IMG/VR virus record: IMGVR_UViG_3300042945_003044
Reading direction: 5' to 3' (one strand)
DNA length: 64,000 nt
Origin: a virus
Positions 55,926-64,000 of this stretch are shown piece after piece. The notes under the pieces are model-generated. The model saw only the letters and a program-made list of their open reading frames with translations. It was not told the origin of the DNA and searched no databases. Position 1 is the stretch's first letter. Each line of letters begins with the position of its first letter. The position numbers were made by a program, and so were the translations under genes.

Positions 55926-56549
55926 TCAAACTGATAGATGTTTGAATTTTTTCAGTATGCTTATCCCGTGTCTAAATGGTAAACTATTATTATGGTTTGA
56001 TGGCTGAGTATGAAAATTAATACAATTATACCCAAAGTCATCAACTAAAGTATTTACCATGTTTCTTTCTACTGGCTGATGAATCCATCCATCATTTGTT
56101 TGATATGACCATGAACAAACCTGTAACGGATGAGTATTGGTATCGTGTAACGCTATAATAGTATTATCGTCTATTAAATTACTAGATATAAGATTATTTA
56201 ATAATTGCATTTGCTCATCATATGCATGAGCATCAAAAAAAACCAAACCTATATAAGAACTATCTATGTCCTGTGTATTTACATCTTGTGCATTTTTTGT
56301 TATGACAATATGATTATCTTTAATTTTATTAACTGACGAAATATCTACGGTATAGACCTTTCCTTGGTCTGTTACTGCATGTAGAAAATTATTGGCTGAA
56401 TAACCATTTAGTCCACCAACTTCAAGTATTGTTTTAATGTTACATGTTCTAATTATAGAGTACAATAATAAAGCTTCGTCATCTTGTATTGGTCCGAATA
56501 CAAACTGATCGCTATTTTGTGTTAGATGATCTAAAAAATACTTTACCAT
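55926..56549 (-). CDS. Class I SAM-dependent methyltransferase (Methyltransf_24-like)
   Basis: ILEVGGLNGYS, YTVDI, VFFDAH.Y, IALHDT. Confidence 0.8.
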   Translation of the reverse strand: MVKYFLDHLTQNSDQFVFGPIQDDEALLLYSIIRTCNIKTILEVGGLNGYSANNFLHAVTDQGKVYTVDISSVNKIKDNHIVITKNAQDVNTQDIDSSYIGLVFFDAHAYDEQMQLLNNLISSNLIDDNTIIALHDTNTHPLQVCSWSYQTNDGWIHQPVERNMVNTLVDDFGYNCINFHTQPSNHNNSLPFRHGISILKKFKHLSV

Positions 56550-56566
56550 AATAATTATTATATTTA

Positions 56567-56716
56567 TTAGTACTTGTCAAAAAATAAGAACGTAAAAATA
56601 TTATTGGATGGCTTAACGCCAATACCTAGTGTTCGTGCTCTATCCATAGCTTTTATACCATTCAAAAAACCTATAAAACACGCAACGATAAACGAGAACA
56701 ATATGACAATATTCAT
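56567..56716 (-). CDS. Small (49 aa) membrane protein not in the ORF track
   Basis: Hand translation MNIVILFSFIVACFIGFLNGIKAMDRARTLGIGVKPSNNIFTFLFFDKY. Fills the gap on the coding strand. Confidence 0.4.
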   Translation of the reverse strand: MNIVILFSFIVACFIGFLNGIKAMDRARTLGIGVKPSNNIFTFLFFDKY

Positions 56717-56825
56717 TGATAGGATATTTATTGTGTTAAAAGGAAAACCGCTCTCTTCGTTATGATAACATACAGACGTATCCTTTTCAAGGACTCTCCT
56801 GATAGCAAATGCTCTTTAATGACTA

Positions 56826-57464
56826 TTAATTAGAGTATTTTTCAACCAGTTTTAAAATTTTTGGAGATAACTTGTAGTTCGTATCAAATATATATGGCCA
56901 CAACCTTTCAAGAATATAAGCTTCTATAGGAATATTTTCTGTGCTAAGTAGATCTAATACTAGTTTATAAAAACCAATTGGCCTATGAACGATATTCTTT
57001 TTCGTAGTAATAAACTGAGCCCCGTAAACTGTTCTATAAACATCTTTAGGTTGCATATTAATACCAAATAACAAATTTAAAAAATAAAACATAGGTAGGC
57101 CCATCTCGTGTCTAGGGTCAAAGTTTGCGTATGGCCCCTCCGAAACTTGTGGGCCTAAACCAAAAAAGCCAGATGAATCATAAATAGATTCTAATAAAGT
57201 TTGATCAGATAACTTTTGTAAAATAGAAGGATAATGATCAAAAGGGTTACCCTGACAAAAAACCATTATATCTGATAAATTATGATAATTATTTACTATA
57301 TGGTAAAGATATGTGTGGGCTTCCCTACCGATATTGGGTAAAAAATTCATTGATAAATGATTATGTTTATCATAGATGACCATATGATAAAAGGATGGCA
57401 GATTTTCTGTCCACCGAGTATCTTCTTGGTATTTAGCTATAATTATATGAGCTGATTGATCCAT
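56826..57464 (-). CDS. DUF3431-family protein (putative glycosyltransferase-like)
   Basis: IAKY.ED..W, IYDK, LPNIGREAHTYLYHIV.NY..L, F.QG.PFDH, GAQF, LERLW..IF. Confidence 0.8.
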   Translation of the reverse strand: MDQSAHIIIAKYQEDTRWTENLPSFYHMVIYDKHNHLSMNFLPNIGREAHTYLYHIVNNYHNLSDIMVFCQGNPFDHYPSILQKLSDQTLLESIYDSSGFFGLGPQVSEGPYANFDPRHEMGLPMFYFLNLLFGINMQPKDVYRTVYGAQFITTKKNIVHRPIGFYKLVLDLLSTENIPIEAYILERLWPYIFDTNYKLSPKILKLVEKYSN

Positions 57465-58195
57465 AAATTTTTATTAACTAGAGACAATTTGTGATTAAAT
57501 AAATCTTTTTTTAGTATAATATTGCTTAGCACATGACATTTTTCGATAATGTTAGTCGCAGAAGTAGCATGAAACACCTTAACGGTTGATATCAGACTAT
57601 TAAGCATATATAACGGATTGTTGTTAGTGCAAAACTCTGTTTTGTTTAATAGTGCGTGTGTCGTGTTAAACTTATTTTCTCTCTGAAAATACGACTGAAT
57701 AACTGGTTGGTCATTAGGTTTTTTTTGTTTTTTTGCTAAACACTGAATATGATCAAAAAACCGTAGAATATGTTCTGAGCATTTAAATGCAAAAAAGCCC
57801 CCATTGATCATATGGTGCGGACAATGCAGGTTCTCTGCCATGTATGCTATATCTATAGCATTAGTTGTTGGTATAGGATCTTTTGGCTCCATACTTTTTT
57901 GAATAGTTGTATATATATCGTCAAAAAATACTATGTCTATATCGCTAAATATAGCTATTTTTTCAGACCATAGATTTTTCGATACATACTCTTTTAAGAT
58001 ATCGAATCTATTGATCAATATTTCTGACCAGTGTTCAGATTCAAAGGAACCGTCGGCGGAAGAACTATTATTGTCGACATGACTTATAAGATTAAAATTT
58101 TGTGATAGGTGTTGCTGAAAAGACGGGCAGAAATAAATATCGAATAATGGTTGATGTAAACGATCATGATAAGTAAGTATGTCTATTTTGTTCAT
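57443..58195 (-). CDS. Nucleotide-diphospho-sugar transferase (GT77-like, GT-A)
   Basis: FSDIDIVFF (DxD), INGGFF, NDQ, FHA. Confidence 0.75.
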   Translation of the reverse strand: MNKIDILTYHDRLHQPLFDIYFCPSFQQHLSQNFNLISHVDNNSSSADGSFESEHWSEILINRFDILKEYVSKNLWSEKIAIFSDIDIVFFDDIYTTIQKSMEPKDPIPTTNAIDIAYMAENLHCPHHMINGGFFAFKCSEHILRFFDHIQCLAKKQKKPNDQPVIQSYFQRENKFNTTHALLNKTEFCTNNNPLYMLNSLISTVKVFHATSATNIIEKCHVLSNIILKKDLFNHKLSLVNKNLWINQLI

Positions 58196-58206
58196 AAAGT
58201 TAATCT

Positions 58207-59289
58207 CTATATATCTATATTAAGAGCTGCTCCTATTACCTGATGCATGTCATAATACCTGTACTCTGCCAGTCTGCCTCCAAAAATATATTTCATTTGT
58301 GTCTTGGAAAGATTTTTGTACTTATTACAAGTAATATTATTGATCTCGTCATTGATTGGATAATACGGTTCATTGGAGTGATCATATTGTTGAGAATATT
58401 CTTTTGTAACAACTGTATTGCCCGATCCATTATTTGGTATAAAGTGTTTATGTTCTATGATTCTAGTATACGGTGTTGCGCTATCTGTAAAATTAACTTG
58501 TGCCAACCCTTGAAAATTTGAACAGTCTAATAATGATTCTTCGAAACGAAGACTGCGATAGTCTAATTTACCAAATTCATAATCGTAAAATCTGTCAATT
58601 GGGCCAGTATAAATAATTCTAGAGGCTATAGACTCCCAATAATCTCGTTTATCAAAAAAATCCGTTTCTAGCTCTACCACAGAACCATCAATCATTCTAG
58701 ATATCATTTTAGTATAGCCATCAATAGGTATACCTTGATAGATATCGTTAAAATAATTGTCATCATATGTAAATCGAACAGGCAGTCTTTTAATAATAGA
58801 GGCTGGCAGCTCTTTTGGGTCTTTTTGCCATTGCTTAATAGTATAGTTCTTAATCAATTTATGATATATATCATATCCTACTAAAGACAGAGCTTGTTCT
58901 TCAAGATTGCTTGGTTTATCTCGAAACTTTTGTTTATTAATAATACTTAAGGCTTCTTCTGGTGTTCTAACGCCCCAAAATTGATAAAAAGTCCACATAT
59001 TAAAAGGTAAGGAATATAAATTATTATTATAATTAGCAATAACTTTGTGTCTATAATTATTAAATTCTGTAAATTGATTAACAAATTTCCATATTTTTTC
59101 GCTTGAGGTATGAAAGATGTGAGGCCCATATTTATGGATATCTATACCATCTTTTTTTTCCGTATAAACATTTCCACCGATATGTTTTCTTTTATCTATT
59201 ATTAGAACGCTTTTTCCATGATCAAGACATTTTCTGGCTATAGTAGCCCCATATAATCCGCATCCAACTATTAAATAATCGTATTTCAT
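58207..59289 (-). CDS. glf: UDP-galactopyranose mutase
   Basis: IVGCGLYG, HIGGN.Y, HKYGPHIFHT, YT.KQW, RLPVR...D.NYF.D.YQG.P, YRSL.F, EPYYP, GRLAEYRYYDM. Confidence 0.95.
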   Translation of the reverse strand: MKYDYLIVGCGLYGATIARKCLDHGKSVLIIDKRKHIGGNVYTEKKDGIDIHKYGPHIFHTSSEKIWKFVNQFTEFNNYRHKVIANYNNNLYSLPFNMWTFYQFWGVRTPEEALSIINKQKFRDKPSNLEEQALSLVGYDIYHKLIKNYTIKQWQKDPKELPASIIKRLPVRFTYDDNYFNDIYQGIPIDGYTKMISRMIDGSVVELETDFFDKRDYWESIASRIIYTGPIDRFYDYEFGKLDYRSLRFEESLLDCSNFQGLAQVNFTDSATPYTRIIEHKHFIPNNGSGNTVVTKEYSQQYDHSNEPYYPINDEINNITCNKYKNLSKTQMKYIFGGRLAEYRYYDMHQVIGAALNIDI

Positions 59290-59298
59290 TGCTTATGT

Positions 59299-59940
59299 TT
59301 AGTATCCTAGTTGACTAGCTATCTTTTTCATAGCCGCTAGTCTATCTGTAAACATTGTAAAATGCAAGAATCTTAAGTCTTGTGGTAGTCCTCTACGGTC
59401 ATGAACATGAGGATTCCATAAATAGTCTAGTTCTTTAAATGGTATATTAAAGTGCTTAGGTAAAGAAACCACAGTTTCGTCTGGATCAAAACCTAATTCA
59501 TGCATGACTGCCGCTTGTTCCCACCATCCGCTACTACGACTAAATCTATTGTGTTGCCATAGATTATCTAACCAATTTAAACTTTGTTGTGTTAACACCC
59601 ATACGCCACAGTTCGGTATTTTACCTATTGGCACATCGTGTATTACTAATCCCATATGGTCCTGCGGCATCAGAGAATCCGAAATATCTAGTGAATCATC
59701 ACATATAAGCACATCGGAATCTATCCACAAAACTAAGTCGTAATCATGTAGTAGTTTTGATAGTAATTCTACCTTCCACCAAGAATAAGGATACGTTTTA
59801 GTTTTATCCGAAAAAAAACCTTGCGATGGAAAAAAACAGTCGTAAGAATGTTTTGATGAGTATCTATAAAATGATGGGGCTGCAATTTCTAGTAGCTTAT
59901 CGTGTCCATCAAATCCGAAAGAAGTTAGTATCTTTTTCAT
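59299..59940 (-). CDS. GT34 (GMA12/MNN10-like) galactosyl/glycosyltransferase
   Basis: Y..KH.Y, SW.K, LWIDSD, N.GV, WEQAA, WN, F.H. Confidence 0.78.
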   Translation of the reverse strand: MKKILTSFGFDGHDKLLEIAAPSFYRYSSKHSYDCFFPSQGFFSDKTKTYPYSWWKVELLSKLLHDYDLVLWIDSDVLICDDSLDISDSLMPQDHMGLVIHDVPIGKIPNCGVWVLTQQSLNWLDNLWQHNRFSRSSGWWEQAAVMHELGFDPDETVVSLPKHFNIPFKELDYLWNPHVHDRRGLPQDLRFLHFTMFTDRLAAMKKIASQLGY

Positions 59941-59941
59941 C

Positions 59942-60229
59942 TTATTCTGCGTCTATATGCTTTTGAATAACGCTAACTATCATTCTTCTCATATGCTGTC
60001 TTTCATTTTCGGAATATCCAAATGTGAATTCTGGAGATCTGTCTAGATCGAAATCAGGATAAAATAACTTACACTGTTTATCGATTGTGTCTAGAGATAG
60101 TTCTTTTGGCAACATAACATTATTACTTAGAAGATTAGATAATTGTTTAATAACTTCTGGATCTTCTTTGTGTTTATTTTTCAATCTTTTTATAAACCAA
60201 AGCAAAAAACTTTTATCTTTTTTTGTCAT
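59942..60229 (-). CDS. Hypothetical protein
   Basis: Start likely MTKKDK. Confidence 0.5.
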   Translation of the reverse strand: MTKKDKSFLLWFIKRLKNKHKEDPEVIKQLSNLLSNNVMLPKELSLDTIDKQCKLFYPDFDLDRSPEFTFGYSENERQHMRRMIVSVIQKHIDAE

Positions 60230-60788
60230 TTTTATTCGCGTAAACAAAAACCTTTTGTTTCCCCCAAATATCTTCGATTAGGTCACTAATAAAATCCCAA
60301 TTGCCTCCGGCTAGTCCGCTACCGAATTTGGGACAATGAATCTCTACATTTTCTGTTTTATTAAAAAAACCAGTATTGTTAGCTATATATTGAGCTACAG
60401 AACTCATGGCCTTCACTAAACCAAAATAATTAAGAGGTCTAGCGTTGTTGGGTCCTATTACTCCATTCTGAGCTATCATGTTAACTATATATAATTTATG
60501 TTTATATTTGGCTTCTTCGAAGACCTTAATCACTTGAGCATATCCCATATTCTTTTGCAGGAAGCCCTTGCCTAGCAAGTGATAGTCTGTCTTAACAGAC
60601 GGATACCTATCCGCTATTTGGGCAGCAAACCCAGCGCCAAATAGGTCTATATTGTTACAAACATGAGGTACGAATACCGTGGCACCAGAGTGGTCCCCTC
60701 TTACTCTTTTTTCTATTACGTCAAAAATAGAGGAATTAGAAATTGAATAAGACTTATAGTTTTTTTTATTAGTAGTAATATTATTCAT
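60213..60788 (-). CDS. Macrodomain (ADP-ribose processing, Poa1p/DarG-like)
   Basis: PHVCNN...FGAGFA, VNMIAQ, PKFGSGLAGGNW..I..LI. Start uncertain. Confidence 0.85.
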   Translation of the reverse strand: MNNITTNKKNYKSYSISNSSIFDVIEKRVRGDHSGATVFVPHVCNNIDLFGAGFAAQIADRYPSVKTDYHLLGKGFLQKNMGYAQVIKVFEEAKYKHKLYIVNMIAQNGVIGPNNARPLNYFGLVKAMSSVAQYIANNTGFFNKTENVEIHCPKFGSGLAGGNWDFISDLIEDIWGKQKVFVYANKNDKKR

Positions 60789-60793
60789 AATTG

Positions 60794-61045
60794 TTACCTT
60801 ATAATTTTGCTCCATTTACCGGCGGGACATTCCTGATCTGCCCATGCTAGCTTATTTAAGAATTTACTTTTCTTGCTAATCGCACAGCCGCACAAATTAC
60901 ACTCCTGTTTGGTCTTATTAAAGTCAGAACATTCGGCGCATATGGAATACCTCTGGTCTATTTCTGCTTGTGTGGACTTTGGTGATCCGGCCCAAATATG
61001 AAAGACCAGGGACTTTATAAAAGTTTTAAGTTTAAGAAGGAACAT
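60794..61045 (-). CDS. Cys-rich small protein (DUF6171-like)
   Basis: R..IC..C......C..CGC....K......CP.GKW. Confidence 0.7.
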   Translation of the reverse strand: MFLLKLKTFIKSLVFHIWAGSPKSTQAEIDQRYSICAECSDFNKTKQECNLCGCAISKKSKFLNKLAWADQECPAGKWSKIIR

Positions 61046-61265
61046 CTTTCTTTCTTTCCTTGATAGCTATAATGGCATTCTCTTTATCTATAGTAAAAAT
61101 ATCTATTGAGTCAACGACTTCTTCTGGCTTTATCCATCTAGAAGATCCTGTTTTTAGTGATACGCACAACCTGTAGCCATTTGACTTAAAGTCGGAGGTT
61201 AAGATAAAGTAATCACCAGACAAGCCAAAGCAGTCTCCGTGAAGAAGTTCTTCTATGTATTTCAT
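61032..61265 (-). CDS. Hypothetical protein
   Basis: 77-aa ORF, small beta-type domain. Confidence 0.5.
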   Translation of the reverse strand: MKYIEELLHGDCFGLSGDYFILTSDFKSNGYRLCVSLKTGSSRWIKPEEVVDSIDIFTIDKENAIIAIKERKKDVPS

Positions 61266-61285
61266 TTGTGGTTATAGATTGTTTT

Positions 61286-61477
61286 TTAATGATTATAGTA
61301 TCTGTCCCAATCTCTCCACTCTTCTTCTTCGAATTCTTCCTGAATCTTTTTCTTTTCTCTTTTTATTTCACTATTTCTAGGGAAATCGTCTTCCGGAAAA
61401 CCTCTTTTTGTTTTCTTCTTTTGTAAATTAGCCCGACGTTCTTCCTTTTTGTTGGGCTGTTCGTCTCTTTGCTTCAT
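61286..61477 (-). CDS. Small highly charged protein
   Basis: K/R-rich N-terminus and acidic EEEEW..W C-terminus. First gene of the - strand block. Confidence 0.5.
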   Translation of the reverse strand: MKQRDEQPNKKEERRANLQKKKTKRGFPEDDFPRNSEIKREKKKIQEEFEEEEWRDWDRYYNH

Positions 61478-61526
61478 CTTTTTCTAAATTATACGAGTCA
61501 AGTAACAAACTTAAACACACAAAGTC

Positions 61527-61554
61527 ATAATACACCCCTAGACCAAAAAGTCAA
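61527..61554 (-). promoter_or_regulatory. Sigma70-type promoter overlapping a GGTGTAT motif
   Basis: - strand TTGACT-N16-TATTAT; the spacer ends ...GGGGTG, giving GGTGTATTAT. Confidence 0.55.
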
Positions 61555-61653
61555 CCCTCAAATAAAAATTTCGTCCCTTGCTCTACCCACGATAAAAGAT
61601 TATATATTATGCAGCTCCGGTGGATATTATTATTACTTACAGAGTTATAACCT

Positions 61654-63327
61654 ATGAGTTCAGATAAGACAACTATTGTTACTGGTATATGGGATCTTGG
61701 TAGAGGAGATATAAGCGATGGTGGATTAGGGGACGGGGTTTGGAGAAGAGGTTTTGATCACTATATAACACAATTTAAGAACCTACTTTCTGCTACAAAA
61801 AACACAAATCTAATTATTTTCATAGACCCATCAATAGAACATATAGTATGGGAAATAAGAGAAAAGTCTAATACTGCCGTATATTATCATACAAAGGATG
61901 ACTTTAAGGGGAATTTTTTCCCTTTTTTCGATCAAGTGCAAGATATTAGAACAAATGAGAGATGGTTATCTCAAAACGGATGGATAAGAGATAGTACTCA
62001 AGCTCAAATGCCTTATTATAATCCTATGGTTATGAGCAAGATGTTCTTATTGAATAATGCTAGAATATACAATCCTTTTAATTCAGAATATATGTTTTGG
62101 TTAGATGGGGGCATTACCAATACAGTACATCCTGGTTATTTTAGTCATGACAATGTTATAGAAAAAATAGAAAAAATAGTCTCTAAATTCCTTTTTGTCT
62201 GTTTTCCATATGATAGTACTACAGATATTCATGGTTTTTATTTAGACGATATGAAAAAATTCGCTCATAGCGAAGAAGTTAATCGGGTTGCTCGCGGAGG
62301 TTTTTTTGGAGGAAAAGTAGATTACATAGGCAAAGCTAACGAAGTTTATTATGGCCTATTAGATTCATCTTTAAGATCAGGATGTATGGGTACAGAAGAA
62401 AGCATTTTTACCTTAATGACATATCTTGACAATGATTTCGAGTTTGAATCAATCAATAATGATGGGCTTGTGTCTACTTTTTTTGAGAATGTTAAAAACG
62501 GAAATACAAAGCTTCAACCATTAACCAAAATAAAACAGTATACCAAAGACAATATACAGTTATATATTAATGCTTTTAATTCTCCTGATCAATTACAAAT
62601 GGTGCTAGACTCTTTTGAAAAATATGACAAAAACTTTTTAGACAAAACAGAAAAAATATTAATTAATAATAGTACTAAAGATAGCTTATTTGAAAAATAT
62701 GATGAGATTAGAGCGAGATATGGCTTTTCTGAAATTAGAGAAGGCAATCTAGGAGTTTGCGGAGCGAGACAAAGAGCCGCTGGCCTGTTTAAAGAATCCG
62801 GATCAAAATATATGTTCTTTTTTGAGGACGATATGTTGTTGGATTTAGCTGCCGGGGCCAGGTGTCCTTTTGGATTTAATAAACAAATACCAGATTTTTT
62901 TAATTGGATTGTTAAGCTTATGGACAAAGAATCTTATGATTTTATTAAGTTTAGCTTTAGTGAATTTTATGGACACAACGGAGACCAATGGAGCTGGCAT
63001 AACGTTCCTGAACCAAGAAAAACAGAATTTTTTGGCAAAGTACACAATAGACCACCTACAAAATTTAAAAATATAAAATCTTTAGACGGTAATCCATATG
63101 CTGACGGTGAGGTTTACTACTCTAATTGGCCTCATATTATAGGTCAAGAAGGCAATCAAAAACTATTTTTAGATACAACATGGAATCATCCGTTTGAGCA
63201 AACATGGATGAGTCATATATATAGTCTTACAAGAGAAGATAAAGTTAATCCAGCTATTCTATTAGCTAGTCCAATCACACATAACAGAGTACATTTTTAT
63301 GAAGGCCAAGAAAGAAAAGAAAATTAA
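61654..63327 (+). CDS. HtrL/YibB (WlaTC)-family domain fused to a GT-A glycosyltransferase-like domain
   Basis: TIVT...D.GR, R....Y...F, Y......K, FW.D.G, GGFFGG, EE; second domain N.G....R...FFEDD. Confidence 0.7.
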   Translation: MSSDKTTIVTGIWDLGRGDISDGGLGDGVWRRGFDHYITQFKNLLSATKNTNLIIFIDPSIEHIVWEIREKSNTAVYYHTKDDFKGNFFPFFDQVQDIRTNERWLSQNGWIRDSTQAQMPYYNPMVMSKMFLLNNARIYNPFNSEYMFWLDGGITNTVHPGYFSHDNVIEKIEKIVSKFLFVCFPYDSTTDIHGFYLDDMKKFAHSEEVNRVARGGFFGGKVDYIGKANEVYYGLLDSSLRSGCMGTEESIFTLMTYLDNDFEFESINNDGLVSTFFENVKNGNTKLQPLTKIKQYTKDNIQLYINAFNSPDQLQMVLDSFEKYDKNFLDKTEKILINNSTKDSLFEKYDEIRARYGFSEIREGNLGVCGARQRAAGLFKESGSKYMFFFEDDMLLDLAAGARCPFGFNKQIPDFFNWIVKLMDKESYDFIKFSFSEFYGHNGDQWSWHNVPEPRKTEFFGKVHNRPPTKFKNIKSLDGNPYADGEVYYSNWPHIIGQEGNQKLFLDTTWNHPFEQTWMSHIYSLTREDKVNPAILLASPITHNRVHFYEGQERKEN

Positions 63328-64000
63328 AACCTCCTCAACTAAGCCGGAAACCATATTTGTTCAAATAGCTGCCTATAGAGATCCACAGCTAGTGCCAACT
63401 CTGAAAGACATGTTGTCTAAAGCTAAGTATCCAGACAATATCAGGATAGGAATAGCTTGGCAGCATTCTTCTGATGATGCTTGGGACTCTTTGGATGAGT
63501 TTAAGGACGATCCAAGATTTAGGATAAAGGATATTAATTATCTTGAATCTAAGGGAGTTTGCTGGGCAAGAAACTTAGTACAGTCTCTATACGATGGAGA
63601 AACTTACACCCTGCAACTAGACTCTCATCATAGATTTGTGGAAAACTGGGATGCTATCCTAATAGATATGCTAAAAGGACTACAGCAGTCCGGGCATCCA
63701 AAACCCCTAATAACCAGTTATATACCAAGTTTTGATCCCGACAACGATCCAGCCGGAAGGGTTAACGAGCCATGGAAAATGAATTTTGATAGATTTATTC
63801 CAGAGGGCGCCGTCTTCTTTCTTCCTGCATCATTCGATTCCTGGGATGATAAAAGCAGGCCGTTACCAGCTAGATTTTATAGCGCTCACTTTGCTTTTAG
63901 CTTAGGTTCTTTTGCCACAGAAGTAAAACACGATCCTAACTATTATTTTCATGGAGAAGAAATAAGCATAGCTGTTAGAGCATATACTCATGGTTATGAC
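63299..64000 (+). CDS. GT60-like (GlcNAc / Skp1-hydroxyproline GlcNAc-transferase family) glycosyltransferase, 3'-partial
   Basis: Not in the ORF track because it runs off the end. Hand translation from ATG 63299: MKAKKEKK...TIFVQIAAYRDP.L..T...A..P...GI..Q...SKG.CWAR...LY.GE.Y.LQLDSH.RF...WD...F.GEEI....R.YT.GYD. Confidence 0.82.
   Translation, partial: MKAKKEKKIKTSSTKPETIFVQIAAYRDPQLVPTLKDMLSKAKYPDNIRIGIAWQHSSDDAWDSLDEFKDDPRFRIKDINYLESKGVCWARNLVQSLYDGETYTLQLDSHHRFVENWDAILIDMLKGLQQSGHPKPLITSYIPSFDPDNDPAGRVNEPWKMNFDRFIPEGAVFFLPASFDSWDDKSRPLPARFYSAHFAFSLGSFATEVKHDPNYYFHGEEISIAVRAYTHGYD

Noticed and set aside
14806-60281. Short + strand ORFs opposite the - strand block
   Set aside because: They lie antisense to well-supported genes and have composition typical of reverse-frame translations.
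61478-61653. tRNA/ncRNA or replication origin in the divergent intergenic region
   Set aside because: No cloverleaf, T-loop motif or iterated repeats. Adequately explained by divergent promoters.
1-64000. Stop-codon reassignment, as seen in some large phages
   Set aside because: Standard-code ORFs tile the window densely, conserved enzymes are full length, and TAA, TAG and TGA all occur as terminators.

Overview
A gene-dense, AT-rich (by eye roughly one third GC) segment of a large dsDNA tailed-phage (jumbo-phage-like) genome, read in the standard code. I saw no rRNA, tRNA, CRISPR array or integrase. Layout: (1) 1-14023, + strand: three very large putative virion/tail proteins. (2) 14036-61477, one long - strand block, listed in coordinate order: recombination/nuclease genes; a cluster of intact and degenerate glycosyltransferase-like genes; a replisome (SSB, a DNA polymerase III alpha split into two genes around a DnaQ-like exonuclease, Cas4-like nuclease, dNMP kinase, primase, DnaB, RecA-like); PhoH, MazG-like, a class Id-like ribonucleotide reductase and dCMP deaminase; a membrane-protein/papain-protease cluster; a sharply GC-rich repeat gene; tail-associated genes; DeoC-like, ClpP-like and sigma factor genes; GMP reductase; and a second glycosylation cluster (UDP-galactopyranose mutase, GT34, GT77-like, methyltransferase) plus a macrodomain. 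(3) 61654-64000, + strand: further glycosyltransferases (HtrL/YibB-GT fusion, partial GT60-like). Best leads: the intein-less split DnaE with an interposed proofreader, the foreign high-GC repeat gene whose codon variation resembles DGR-type mutagenesis, the replication-linked degenerate glycosyltransferase cluster, a eukaryote-like protein glycosylation toolkit, and a recurring GGTGTAT upstream motif. All family calls come from motif recognition by eye, not from database searches.
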